A stretch of DNA of 64,000 bases, taken from an uncultured Acidobacteriota bacterium. GTDB taxonomy: Bacteria; Acidobacteriota; Thermoanaerobaculia; Gp7-AA8. Below are positions 32,071-42,100 of this stretch, in pieces. The first letter of the stretch is position 1. Each line of letters begins with the position of its first letter. The notes beneath the pieces were generated by a model, which was not told the origin of the DNA, made no database searches, and saw nothing but the letters and a program-made list of their open reading frames with translations. The stretch spans positions 1,760,001 to 1,824,000 of the forward strand of contig CAWGHO010000003.1 of NCBI GenBank assembly GCA_963822445.1, read 5' to 3'. Position numbers and translations under genes: made by a program.

Positions 32071-32685
32071 ATGGACATGACCTGGAGCAGCGGCCCGCAT
32101 TACCCGCTCTCGACGAGCCTGGCCTTCCTTTTCACGATCGCGTACGCGATCTGGTGCGCTGTCACCATCGCCAGACGCGGGTCGGCAAGGCCTGGATTTC
32201 TTGCCGTCGTGCCGTTCCTCGCCAGCATCCCGATTGTCTGGTGGGGCTATGTTCAGGTGATCCGCGCGATGTCGATCTCAGGCGGCGGCCGTGCGGCACT
32301 GGCAGCCGGCCTGGCCGAGGCGCTCTGGATGTTGTGCTTCGGCGCGGCGGTTTCCGCTGTCCTGGCGCTGGTGACCGCGATCCGGGGGCCGCGTCACGGT
32401 TCGAGACGTTCAACGGTGATGACGGTGTTCGCCCTCGCGGCTGCAGCGGGCGTCAGCATCTGGTTCGCTCCATTCGTCCTCGGCGGCCGCTATGACCTGC
32501 TGCTCCTGCAGCGGGTGTTCTTCGGCAGCATCGCGTTGCTGATCGCGATCATCGTGTTGCTCCTGATCGGAACGTGGCGGCACCCGCCCGCACCTCTCGC
32601 CGTTGCGGCGATCAACCTCGTCGTGTGCATCGCGGCGTGGCAGCAGATCGAGGTCTACCGGCGTATCGCGATGACCGGTTTTTAA
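32071..32685 (+). CDS. Multi-pass membrane protein with a weak MotA/TolQ/ExbB-like motif
   Basis: About 6 hydrophobic segments; ALAAGLAEAL. Confidence 0.6.
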   Translation: MDMTWSSGPHYPLSTSLAFLFTIAYAIWCAVTIARRGSARPGFLAVVPFLASIPIVWWGYVQVIRAMSISGGGRAALAAGLAEALWMLCFGAAVSAVLALVTAIRGPRHGSRRSTVMTVFALAAAAGVSIWFAPFVLGGRYDLLLLQRVFFGSIALLIAIIVLLLIGTWRHPPAPLAVAAINLVVCIAAWQQIEVYRRIAMTGF

Positions 32686-33131
32686 CGCTCGGTCGCGTCC
32701 AGCCAGCCGCGTCTGAGCTCTTCGGCCGGCACGCCCGACAGATACGGCTTGATGTCGAGCACGGGCGTCCCGTCGAGCATGTCCACGCCGCGCACGCGCA
32801 AACGCGAGCCGTCGCGACCCAGCAAGCGGACGACCGTAAGACCGATGGGGTTCGGACGGCGTGGCGAGCGCGTGGCGAACAGGCCATGCGGGAGCGGCTC
32901 GCCCGGCGGTGTGGTGAGCAGGTCGTATCCCTCCGCGGAGCGATCGAACATCCAGATCACGAAGAGATGGGAGAACCCTTCGATGTCAGTGAGCCCTTCT
33001 TCGAGCTCCGGCAGGATCTCGATCGAGCCTTCCTCGGTGTGGCTGGCGCCCCGCCCTTTCGGAATCTGCGAGGTGGATGTGTAGCCGCAACGAATGACGC
33101 CGATCGGTCGCATGGTGATTTCGTTGTTCAT
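32682..33131 (-). CDS. tsaA: tRNA m6t6A37 methyltransferase TrmO/TsaA
   Basis: PIGVI, GLTDIEGFSH, GLFATRSPRRPNPIGL, DMLDGTPVLDIKPY. Confidence 0.93.
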   Translation of the reverse strand: MNNEITMRPIGVIRCGYTSTSQIPKGRGASHTEEGSIEILPELEEGLTDIEGFSHLFVIWMFDRSAEGYDLLTTPPGEPLPHGLFATRSPRRPNPIGLTVVRLLGRDGSRLRVRGVDMLDGTPVLDIKPYLSGVPAEELRRGWLDATER

Positions 33132-33176
33132 CTCTCTGTGTCCTCTGTGCCCCGCGAAGCTATCATTCACCGCTCG

Positions 33177-34727
33177 ATGCGCATGCGCGATCAGGTCGCC
33201 CGCGTTCTCGAGGCGCGGACCGGCACTCTCGAAGAAACGCCGTACGCCGTCCTCCTGGTCGCGCTCGCCGCGAGCGGCGCCGACGCCGTCCTCGAGCTTC
33301 GCCGCAACGTCCTCCAGAAGACGGTCATCTTCGACGCCGGCGCGCCCGTCGATTGCCGCTCCAACATCGCCACGGAGATCCTCGGCCGCTTCCTCGTCAC
33401 CGCCGGCAAAGTGAGCGAGGCCGACGCCACCGCCGCGTTCGCCGTTGCCGCATCGCGCGGTGTGCCGCTCGGCGAGATCCTCATCGAGCGCAAGCTCCTC
33501 ACGCCCACCGAGCTCTATCGCGCGCTCCAGCAGAACCTCGGCCGCAAGCTGCTCGAGCCCTTCAGCTGGACCGACGGCACCTGGTCCATCGCCGACAATC
33601 CCCTGCCGCTCGCGTCTTCTCTTCGGGTGAAGGTCCCGCAGTTACTGGTCACGGGCATTCAGAAAGTCGAGCCGCAGGAGAACGCGGACGAAGCGGCCGC
33701 GGGCGCGGAAGGCCTCCATCTCGCCATCACGCCCGATCCGCTTTTCGAGCTCGATGAGCTTCGCCTCAGCGCGGCGCAGCAGAAGGTCGTCGACGCCGCG
33801 CGCAATGCCTGGAAGCTCGACCAACTCCGCGCCACTCCGGGCATCGACACGGACGAGATGAATCGCACGCTGTACGCGCTGCTCCTCCTCGGGATCGTCG
33901 AGCCGACCGTGCAGCCTCGTCGCGAAGCGCCGCGATTCGAGATGGCGAATCCGTTCGCGTCCGCGGAGGAGGAGACGCCGATCGAGGTCTCGCTCGCTAC
34001 GATCGAACCTGAGGCCGAGCCTGAGCCCGAGCCGGAGCCTGCTCCGCCCGCGCACGCATCCGCCGAAGAGGTCGTGTCGGCCTACCTCTCCTTCCGCCGC
34101 AAAGACGCCTTCGATCTGCTCGGGGTCGAGGAGACCGCGGGGCCGGTGCCGATCATCAAGGCGTACCTGGCCATGGTCGAGCGCTTCCTCCCCTCGCGCT
34201 TTCCGGAGAAGACGCCGGACGGTCTGCGCGATAAAGCGCAGGAAGTTTTCCTCGCCGCCGCGCGCGCGTACGCGGAGCTCGCCGATCCCGCGCGGCGCGA
34301 GGCGCTCGTGAAGAAACGGGCGAAGCTGCGCGAGGAAGCGGAAGCCGCGGCGAAAGCCGGACCGGCGGCGATGATCGATCCCGAAGTGCTCTGGAAGAGC
34401 GGCGTGAACCTCGCCGCCGGCGGCAAACTGCGCGAGGCCCTCGGTTCGTTCGAGCTCGCCGCGCAGTGCGATGCGCAGAACGGAACGTATGCCGCCGAGG
34501 TGGCGTGGTGCCGTTATCGGTTGGGGAACACGCCGGCCGCGAATGCGATCAAGCTGGTGAAGAACGCGCTGCGCATCGATCCCAACGCCGGCGTCGCCTA
34601 CCTCTACGCCGGCCAGCTCCAGGCAGTCCTCGGCAAGACCGTCGAGGCCCAGGGTTACCTGCAGCGCGCGGCGAGCCTGCTGCCGGACGATCCGCGTCCG
34701 ATCGAAGCGGCGAAACGGGTGCGCTAG
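33177..34727 (+). CDS. DUF4388-like, degenerate J-domain and TPR protein
   Basis: N-terminal GTL...LGRFL...LGEIL; AFDLLGV...IIKAY...RFLPSRF...AYAELADPARR; C-terminal TPRs. Confidence 0.7.
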   Translation: MRMRDQVARVLEARTGTLEETPYAVLLVALAASGADAVLELRRNVLQKTVIFDAGAPVDCRSNIATEILGRFLVTAGKVSEADATAAFAVAASRGVPLGEILIERKLLTPTELYRALQQNLGRKLLEPFSWTDGTWSIADNPLPLASSLRVKVPQLLVTGIQKVEPQENADEAAAGAEGLHLAITPDPLFELDELRLSAAQQKVVDAARNAWKLDQLRATPGIDTDEMNRTLYALLLLGIVEPTVQPRREAPRFEMANPFASAEEETPIEVSLATIEPEAEPEPEPEPAPPAHASAEEVVSAYLSFRRKDAFDLLGVEETAGPVPIIKAYLAMVERFLPSRFPEKTPDGLRDKAQEVFLAAARAYAELADPARREALVKKRAKLREEAEAAAKAGPAAMIDPEVLWKSGVNLAAGGKLREALGSFELAAQCDAQNGTYAAEVAWCRYRLGNTPAANAIKLVKNALRIDPNAGVAYLYAGQLQAVLGKTVEAQGYLQRAASLLPDDPRPIEAAKRVR

Positions 34728-34868
34728 CAATCGGCGCGGCAGAGATCGCGCCTCAGGGGACCCGCGCGTGCACTCTGCGGAGCGACCAACGCTGCCGGGC
34801 GTCCCGGCTTGCCCCGCGCGCTCTTTGCATGTAAAAAGCGCGCGCGTAACTAGGAGCTGAAGAATCCA

Positions 34869-36251
34869 ATGGCCCAAGACGTACTGATGCCCCAGATGGG
34901 TGAGTCCATCGCCGAAGGAACCGTGTCGAAATGGCTGAAGAAAGTCGGCGACACGGTCGAGCGCGATGAGCCGCTGCTCGAGATCTCTACCGACAAAGTC
35001 GACGCGGAGATCCCCTCGCCCGCTGCCGGCGTCCTCACCGAGATCCTGGCGAAGGAAGGCGACACCGTTCCGGTGAACGCCGTCGTCGCCCGAATCGGCG
35101 GCGCCGGTGAAAAAGCCGCGGAGGCTCCTGCCGCGCCCGAGCCAAAACCGGAAGACAAGACCGTCGAAAGACCCGTGCCGCCACCGGAGACGAACGACCA
35201 GCCCGCCGCGGAAGCGCCGCAGGCCACCGAGTCGACGCCGCGCGTGGAAAGCACGCGCACACCGGAACCGGCCGCTCGCGAAGCGGATGACGCCGAAGTC
35301 ACGTCGCTCGATGAGCGACGCCGCACGAAGTCCTCGCCTCTCGTTCGCAAGATCGCCCAGGAAAACAACGTCGACATCTCCCAGATCCCCGGCACCGGCG
35401 TCTCCGGCCGCGTGACGAAGAACGACATCCTCGATTTCATCCAGCAGCCGAAACCCGCCGCGGCCGCCGCATCAGCGCCTGCTGCCGCTCCGCGTCAGGC
35501 CGAAGCGCCCGCACCGCAGGCTCGTGCGGCCGGTCCGCAGTTCGGCGAAGGCGAGAACGTCCGCCTCGAACCGCTCTCGGTCATGCGCAAGCGCATCGCG
35601 CATCACATGACCCAGTCGAAGCAGACCTCCGCCCACGTGCACACCGTGTTCGAGGTCGACTTCACCAACATCGACAAGCTCCGCCGCCGGCACAAAGACG
35701 CCTACGGCGAGCGCGGCGTGAAGCTCACCTTCATGCCGTTCGTCGTCCAGGCCGTCATCGCCGGACTGCGCGAGTTTCCGATCCTCAACGCGTCGATGGA
35801 CGAGTCCAACGTCATCTATCACCGCGAGCACAACATCGGCATCGCCGTGGCCCTCGACTGGGGCCTGATCGTTCCCGTGCTCAAACATGCCGACGAGCTG
35901 AACGTCCTCGGCGCCGCCCGCGCCATTAACGACCTCGGCGACCGTGCCCGCCAGAAAAAACTCTCCCCCGACGACGTGCAGGGCGGAACGTTCACCATCA
36001 CCAACCCCGGCGTGTTCGGCGGTCTGTTCGGACTGCCGATCATCAATCAGCCCCAGGTCGCGATCCTCGGCGTCGGCGGCATCAAGAAACGTCCGGTGGT
36101 GATCGAGAGCAAGGACGGCGACTCGATCGCCATCCGCTCGATGTGCTACCTCTCGCTCGGGTTCGATCACCGCCTGATCGACGGCGCGGTCGCGGATCAG
36201 TTCATGGCGAGGGTGAAGCAGATCATCGAGGCCGGGCAGTTCACGATGTAA
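34869..36251 (+). CDS. Dihydrolipoamide acyltransferase E2 (SucB-like)
   Basis: Lipoyl domain STDKVDAE, E3-binding SPLVRKIA...GTG..GRVTKND, catalytic FDHRLIDG. Confidence 0.93.
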   Translation: MAQDVLMPQMGESIAEGTVSKWLKKVGDTVERDEPLLEISTDKVDAEIPSPAAGVLTEILAKEGDTVPVNAVVARIGGAGEKAAEAPAAPEPKPEDKTVERPVPPPETNDQPAAEAPQATESTPRVESTRTPEPAAREADDAEVTSLDERRRTKSSPLVRKIAQENNVDISQIPGTGVSGRVTKNDILDFIQQPKPAAAAASAPAAAPRQAEAPAPQARAAGPQFGEGENVRLEPLSVMRKRIAHHMTQSKQTSAHVHTVFEVDFTNIDKLRRRHKDAYGERGVKLTFMPFVVQAVIAGLREFPILNASMDESNVIYHREHNIGIAVALDWGLIVPVLKHADELNVLGAARAINDLGDRARQKKLSPDDVQGGTFTITNPGVFGGLFGLPIINQPQVAILGVGGIKKRPVVIESKDGDSIAIRSMCYLSLGFDHRLIDGAVADQFMARVKQIIEAGQFTM

Positions 36252-39051
36252 CGCCGGCCGCAGGCACCGTCCGTGCGGCCACCGGCACCGAATACAGCGT
36301 CGCCACCTTGTCCGAATCCGGCTCGAGCAGTTCCGGATAACGGATGCCGTGCAGCACCTGCACGTCGAAGATCTCCTGCACCGATCCTTCGAACTTCAGG
36401 AAGGCCACGATGTTCCCGCTGCGGACGTCGATCACCCACACACCGCATGCGCGATCGGACGGCGCGAGCCGTTTCGCCAGCGGGATGCCTTCGAACACGC
36501 TCTCGCGGACCTGCGAGAGCCCGACGAATGCGTACGGACCAGCGAACGCAAGGCCGCGCGTGAATCCCGGAAGCTCCGCGACGACGTGACCGCGGCCTTC
36601 AGCGAGATCGACAGTCGACAGCGTTCCTTTTCCCGATTCCAGAATCCACATCCGTCCCGCGTACCAGCGCGGCGAGTGCGGCATCGAGAGGCCGGTGAGG
36701 ACGACCGATCCCGAATCGATCTCCATCAGCACGCCGCCGCTGGCTTTCTTCTCGCGCCAGCCGTCGCGCTGATCGGAGATGCCGAGGGCTGTGACGAAGC
36801 GGGGGCGGCCGTCGATCATTGCCAATCCGTTGAGGTGACAACGATCCTCGGCCGCGAGTGCCGTGATGAACGAAGGCCGCCAGCGCGGCACGAAACTGTG
36901 CGCGCCGTCGAGCGTGCACAACGTCGAGAAGCGCGTGTTGACCAGCCACAGCTCGCCGGCCGAGTCGTACGCGATCTCGTGAATGCGGATGTCGCCGGTG
37001 ATGTGCGTGCCGCGCGGCGCGAAACAGGCGTCGTGTTTTCCCGCCGGCTCGAGCTTCGACGCGAACGTTCCGGCGTTGCGATACGTGACCACTTGTCGCG
37101 CCGTGCCGATCGACAGCGTCTCCGGTCCGACGGCCATCCCCATCGGACTCGGCGCCGCGACCAGATGCGTGTTCAGCACTCCGCCATCCGCGCGCACCAC
37201 CACCACCCGCCCGCTCTGGTATGTCGAGACCAGCAGCGATGCGCCGAGGCTGGAGAGGATTTCCGGGAAGGAGCTCGTGTGGATGCTGCGGAAGGAGATC
37301 TCGCTCTTCGGTTCTTCGGGAGGAGGCAGTGCCGGAACGAGGCGCACGCGCTGCAACGGCTCGCGCGCGAAGACATCGCGGGCGCGATCGGCCGTTTCGC
37401 GAACGCGATCGAACACCGCGTCGATCTCCGGACCGTTGCGCTCCAGCTTCTGGATGCCCGGCGGCGTGAGCGTGTGCTTCGAAAGCGGCAGCGGCGCGGT
37501 AAGCGGCGTGTCCCAGCCGAATCCCACGAACGTGCAGAGCCGCTCGATCTCCTTCTGCGGATCGGCGACGAGCCGGTCGTAGCTGGCGACGCACCATGAG
37601 TCAGCCGGCAGCGCTTCAAGGTCGTCGAGCATGATCCGCGTGGCCGTCTCCCACTGATGGGCGACCACTTCGTTCAGCGGCTGCTCGACGACGTCCCTCC
37701 AACCGGGAACGAGCAGCAGCGACCACTTCTGCGCGGGATACGTGACGAAGCGGCCCGACCGCCAGGCGTCCAGCATGCTGCTGATCGTGGCCCGCGGATC
37801 GCGATAGAGATAGATGAAGAACGCGTCGGGAAACACGGCTTTGAGAAACGGAATGCGCAGCGCGTTCTTGGGCGTCTTCTCGAGCATGCGCACGCGGTCC
37901 GGTAGGCGCATGTCCCCTTTGCGATCGCGCAATGAGTCGAGAAAGCGGCGCTCCAGCTTGGCGATGACTTCCGGCGTCGCATCAGCGGCCGTGAGACGGT
38001 TCGACTCCCACTCCTTCGCCGCGGGATGGAGTGCCTCGATGCCTTCGATGATGCCGTGACTCTCGCCGCCCGGCGAGAACACGCGCGGCGCCCGGGCCAG
38101 CGTTTCGAACAGCAGACTCGATCCCGACCGCGGCGAGGAGACGATGAAAACGGGCCTGTCAAAACGCCGCAAGGCGACGTGCGGCGCCGCCGCGGGCTCG
38201 GGCTCGGCCAGATCAGGATTCAACGCCGCGTGCACGAACATGTGCCGGGCGATCGTCGCCGCACGCGCATTGCCGCTCGCCGAAAGGGCGCGATCGAATT
38301 CATCCAGCAGCGCCCGATACTTCGGCCACCCGCTCTTCCCCTCACCGTGCGCATGCCAGACCTGACGCCAGTCGTCGAGAAAACGGTCGACTTCCGCGCG
38401 CAACGCACCGTCGAGCAGCGGAACGAGCGAGGCTTGCTCGTCAGGGGACATGACTACCGGATGATTGCGAGACTCAAACTCGACCTCGGAACCCCGCAAC
38501 CCCGAAACCCCGTCCCCCTCCACCATCCCCCAGAACTCCGGCGACCCCTTCGTATCGATCACCAGATGAATCCGCCGTGTCGGATTCGGATTGATCACGT
38601 TGTGCGTCTTCGACGTGTCGAAGATCCACGTTTCGCCCGCGGTCATGTGCAGCTCTTTGTCGCCGCAGAGGAAGCGCACCGCCGGATCGGTGATGACCGG
38701 CACGTGCACGCGCGCGCGCTGCGTCCAGTAGTAATTCATGTCCATGTGCGGCGTGGCCTCGGCATTTCCGTCGATGCGCATCAGCCGCGTGCGGCCGATC
38801 GGCGCGCGAAGCGACGCGAGCACTTCCTGGATGTACGGACAGCGCGCGAGATGGGGCGTGGGATGCATCGCCCCCTTCACGCCGTCGTTCGACGGATCGC
38901 CACCGACGCTCACCAGCGGCAGCGCCCAGTTCCCGCGATGCCCCTCGGGATGCGGACGCCAGTCAGCCTCTTCGAACTGCGCGACCTCCATCGCCAGACG
39001 CGCGGCGTCGAAGGTCAGCGGAAGGCGAATGAACTCAGTCGGGAGACGCAA
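36241..39051 (-). CDS. Fusion of Asp/Asn beta-hydroxylase-like Fe/2OG domain, PAPS-dependent sulfotransferase and TIGR03032 (DUF4915) domain
   Basis: HMD...RVHVP...HNVIN...RIHLVID; SSPRSGSSLL, EKTPKN, RDPRATISS; STYQSG, TGDIRIHE, EDRCHLNGLA, MPHSPRW, LPGFTRGL. Confidence 0.88.
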   Translation of the reverse strand: MRLPTEFIRLPLTFDAARLAMEVAQFEEADWRPHPEGHRGNWALPLVSVGGDPSNDGVKGAMHPTPHLARCPYIQEVLASLRAPIGRTRLMRIDGNAEATPHMDMNYYWTQRARVHVPVITDPAVRFLCGDKELHMTAGETWIFDTSKTHNVINPNPTRRIHLVIDTKGSPEFWGMVEGDGVSGLRGSEVEFESRNHPVVMSPDEQASLVPLLDGALRAEVDRFLDDWRQVWHAHGEGKSGWPKYRALLDEFDRALSASGNARAATIARHMFVHAALNPDLAEPEPAAAPHVALRRFDRPVFIVSSPRSGSSLLFETLARAPRVFSPGGESHGIIEGIEALHPAAKEWESNRLTAADATPEVIAKLERRFLDSLRDRKGDMRLPDRVRMLEKTPKNALRIPFLKAVFPDAFFIYLYRDPRATISSMLDAWRSGRFVTYPAQKWSLLLVPGWRDVVEQPLNEVVAHQWETATRIMLDDLEALPADSWCVASYDRLVADPQKEIERLCTFVGFGWDTPLTAPLPLSKHTLTPPGIQKLERNGPEIDAVFDRVRETADRARDVFAREPLQRVRLVPALPPPEEPKSEISFRSIHTSSFPEILSSLGASLLVSTYQSGRVVVVRADGGVLNTHLVAAPSPMGMAVGPETLSIGTARQVVTYRNAGTFASKLEPAGKHDACFAPRGTHITGDIRIHEIAYDSAGELWLVNTRFSTLCTLDGAHSFVPRWRPSFITALAAEDRCHLNGLAMIDGRPRFVTALGISDQRDGWREKKASGGVLMEIDSGSVVLTGLSMPHSPRWYAGRMWILESGKGTLSTVDLAEGRGHVVAELPGFTRGLAFAGPYAFVGLSQVRESVFEGIPLAKRLAPSDRACGVWVIDVRSGNIVAFLKFEGSVQEIFDVQVLHGIRYPELLEPDSDKVATLYSVPVAARTVPAAGVTS

Positions 39052-39114
39052 GCGGCTTATACTCGCACGAGTCTTCGCTCCAAAAAATCCGGCTTCGCGC
39101 TAAGAGGTAAATGT

Positions 39115-42100
39115 ATGCAAAAGCGGAAGAAAATCGCCACGGGAGCGGCATTGGCGATGGGCGCGGTCCTCGCGCCGGAGGCGGTCGAAGCTGCAGTGAT
39201 CACCGTCAACAGCACTGCCGATACCGCGGCGGTCGACGCGCAGTGCACTCTGCGCGAGGCCATCACCAACGCCAACGCCAACGCGGCAACCGAAGTCGAT
39301 TGCGCGGCCGGCACGGGCCTCGACACGATCGACTTCGCGCTCACCCTTCCGGCCACGATCACGCTGTCGGGCACTTCCCTGTCGATCGTCGATCCGCTGA
39401 TCATCGACGGCCCCGGCCAGACCGATCTCACCATCGACGCGAACGACGCCTCCCGGATCTTCGAGATTGCGGACGGCGACTCCGGCACGTCGATGACGGT
39501 CGAGATCAACGACCTCACGCTTGCCAACGGCAACGACGCCACCGAATCGTTTCCCGGTGGCGGCGCGATCCTCAGCGCCGAAACTCTCGTCATCACCAAC
39601 GTGACCTTTTCGGGCAACGACGGTGCTGCCGGCGGTGCGATCTATCTGTACTCCCCCTCGAATCCGAACCTGACCGTGACCGGCTCGACCTTCACCGGAA
39701 ACACTTCGGCTGCCGACGGCGGCGCGATCCTGGCGGTGGGCGGCGACGTCACGATCACCGGCTCCACACTGACGCTCAACACCGCCCTCTGCTGCGGCGG
39801 CGCGATCAAAAAGATCGAAGGGGCCTTCACCCTCACCGATTCGACCGTCACCGGGAACTCCGCGACCATCGGCGGCGGCATCGCGCTGTACTACACGGAC
39901 ACGACGACCATCACCAACTCCACCATCAGCGGCAACGAGGCGCTCCTTTCCGGCGGCGGTCTCTATTTCTATGGGCCGGCCGGGCTGGTCACCATCGAGG
40001 ATTCGGTCATCAGCGCGAACGAGGCGGCCTACGGCGGCGGCGTTTGGCTTTCGTATGCGGGCGAGAGCCCGGTCGTCATCCGCGACACCGAGATCAGCGG
40101 CAATACCGCCACTGATTCGGCCGGCGGCTTGTACCTCTACGACGTCGACGACGTCACCCTCGAACGGGTCCGCCTGATCAACAACACCGCCGACGCGTAC
40201 GACGGCGGCGGAGCGCTCTGGGATGCCAAAGTCACCATCATCGAGTCGCAGATCAGCGGCAATCAGGCGCCGATCGTCGGCGGGTTGTACGTGGCTTATG
40301 GCAGCTACCTGTATCTGATCAACTCCACGGTCGCGAACAACACCGCCAGTACCGGTTCGGTCGGCGGTCTCGGAATCAACTTTTCCTTCGCGGCCATCGA
40401 CGTCTCGACCATCTCCGGCAACAGCGCACCAGCCGGCGCCGCCGGAAACATCTTCAGCTACGGCTCAGGTCTGTACATCACCAACTCCATCGTCGCCAAC
40501 GGAATCGCGTTAGCGGGGCCCGACCTCGTGACCGCGACGTCGACCGTCGAGATCAACTACTCGCTGATCGAGGACACCGCCGGCGCCTCGTTCACCGGCT
40601 CGAACAACATCACCGGCGTCGATCCGCAACTTGGACCGCTGCAGAACAACGGCGGGCCGACCGAGACCGTGAAGCCGGCGCCGGCGAGCCCCGTCGTGAA
40701 CGCGGGCGATCCCCTGTACACCACGCCGCCCAACGACCAGCGCGGCTTCCCCCGGCCGGTCGGCATCGTCGACATGGGCGCGGTGGAGCTCAGTCCCGGT
40801 GTCCTCGACATCTCCGCGGCGAATGCCGTCGGAGAAGGCGCGGGCTTCATCACCATCACCGTGACCCGCACCGGCGGATCGGACGGCGCGGCCTCGGTGA
40901 ACTACACGACCAACAGCGGCACCGCCACCTCCGGCGCCGACTTCACCGCGACCGCGGGCACGCTGAACTGGGCCGACGGAGACGCGGCGCCGAAGTCGTT
41001 CAACGTCAACATCACCGACGACCTCATCTTCGAGGGCAACGAGCAATTCACGGTCACCCTGAGCGGCGCGACCGTCGCGACGCTCGGCGCGGACACGGCG
41101 CTCATCACCATCACCGACAACGACGCCGCACCGACGATCTCCATCAACGACACCGGCAATACCGAGGGCTCGAACGTCGTCTTCAACGTCACCCTCTCCA
41201 ATCCGACCACGCAGACGGTGACGGTCGACTTCGCGACCGCCGGCGTCACGGCCGCGTCGGGCGTCGACTTCACGGCGAACAGCGGCACGATCACCTTCAA
41301 CCCGCTCGTCACCAGCCAGCCGATCACCATCGTCACCACGCAGGACGCGATCGACGAGCCGAACGAGACCTTCAACGTCGTGCTGACCAATCCCAACGCC
41401 AACGCGACGATCTTCGACGGCACCGGCGTCGGCACGATCACCGACGACGATCCCACGCCGACGATCTCCATCAACGACGCCGGGCAGACCGAGGGGACGA
41501 ATATCGTTTTCCAGGTCACGTTGTCGGGGGCGAGCTCGGAGACGATCACCGTCGACTTCGCGACCGCCGCCGTCACCGCAACGTCAGGGACCGATTTCAC
41601 CGCGAACAGCGGCACCATCACCTTCACTCCGGGCGATACGAGCGAGCAGATCACGGTTGTCACCGCGCAGGACGCGGTCGACGAGGCCAACGAGACCTTC
41701 AACGTCAACCTCACCAATCCCAGCGCCGGCGCAACGATTCTCGACGGTACGGGCGTGGGAACGATTGGCGATGACGATCCGTCGCCGACGATCTCCATCG
41801 GCGATTCGGGGGCCCTCGAGGGTGCGAACGTCGTGTTCAACGTCACGCTGTCCGCGCCGACCGAGCAGGTCGTCACCGTCGACTTCGCGACAGCCGGCAA
41901 CACCGCGACGTCGGGCGTCGACTTCACGCCGAACAGCGGCACGCTGACCTTCAACCCGCTCGTCACCAGTCAACAGATCACCGTCGCGACCAGTCCGGAC
42001 GGGTTCGACGAGCCGAACGAGACCTTCAACGTCGTGCTCACCAATCCGAACGCAAACGCGGTCCTCCTCGACGACACCGCCATCGGCACGATCACCGACG

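Noticed and set aside
33132-33152. 9-bp tandem (minus strand CACAGAGGA-CACAGAGAG) before tsaA
   Set aside because: Only two units and no opposing arm; too short to call
34738-34765. Glycine riboswitch (GAGA...CTCAGG)
   Set aside because: Lacks the GCCGAAG core and the required stems
38026-39114. 5' extension of the 1625-aa ORF
   Set aside because: Antisense to the hydroxylase domain; the RBS (AGAGG) and signal peptide support a start at 39115
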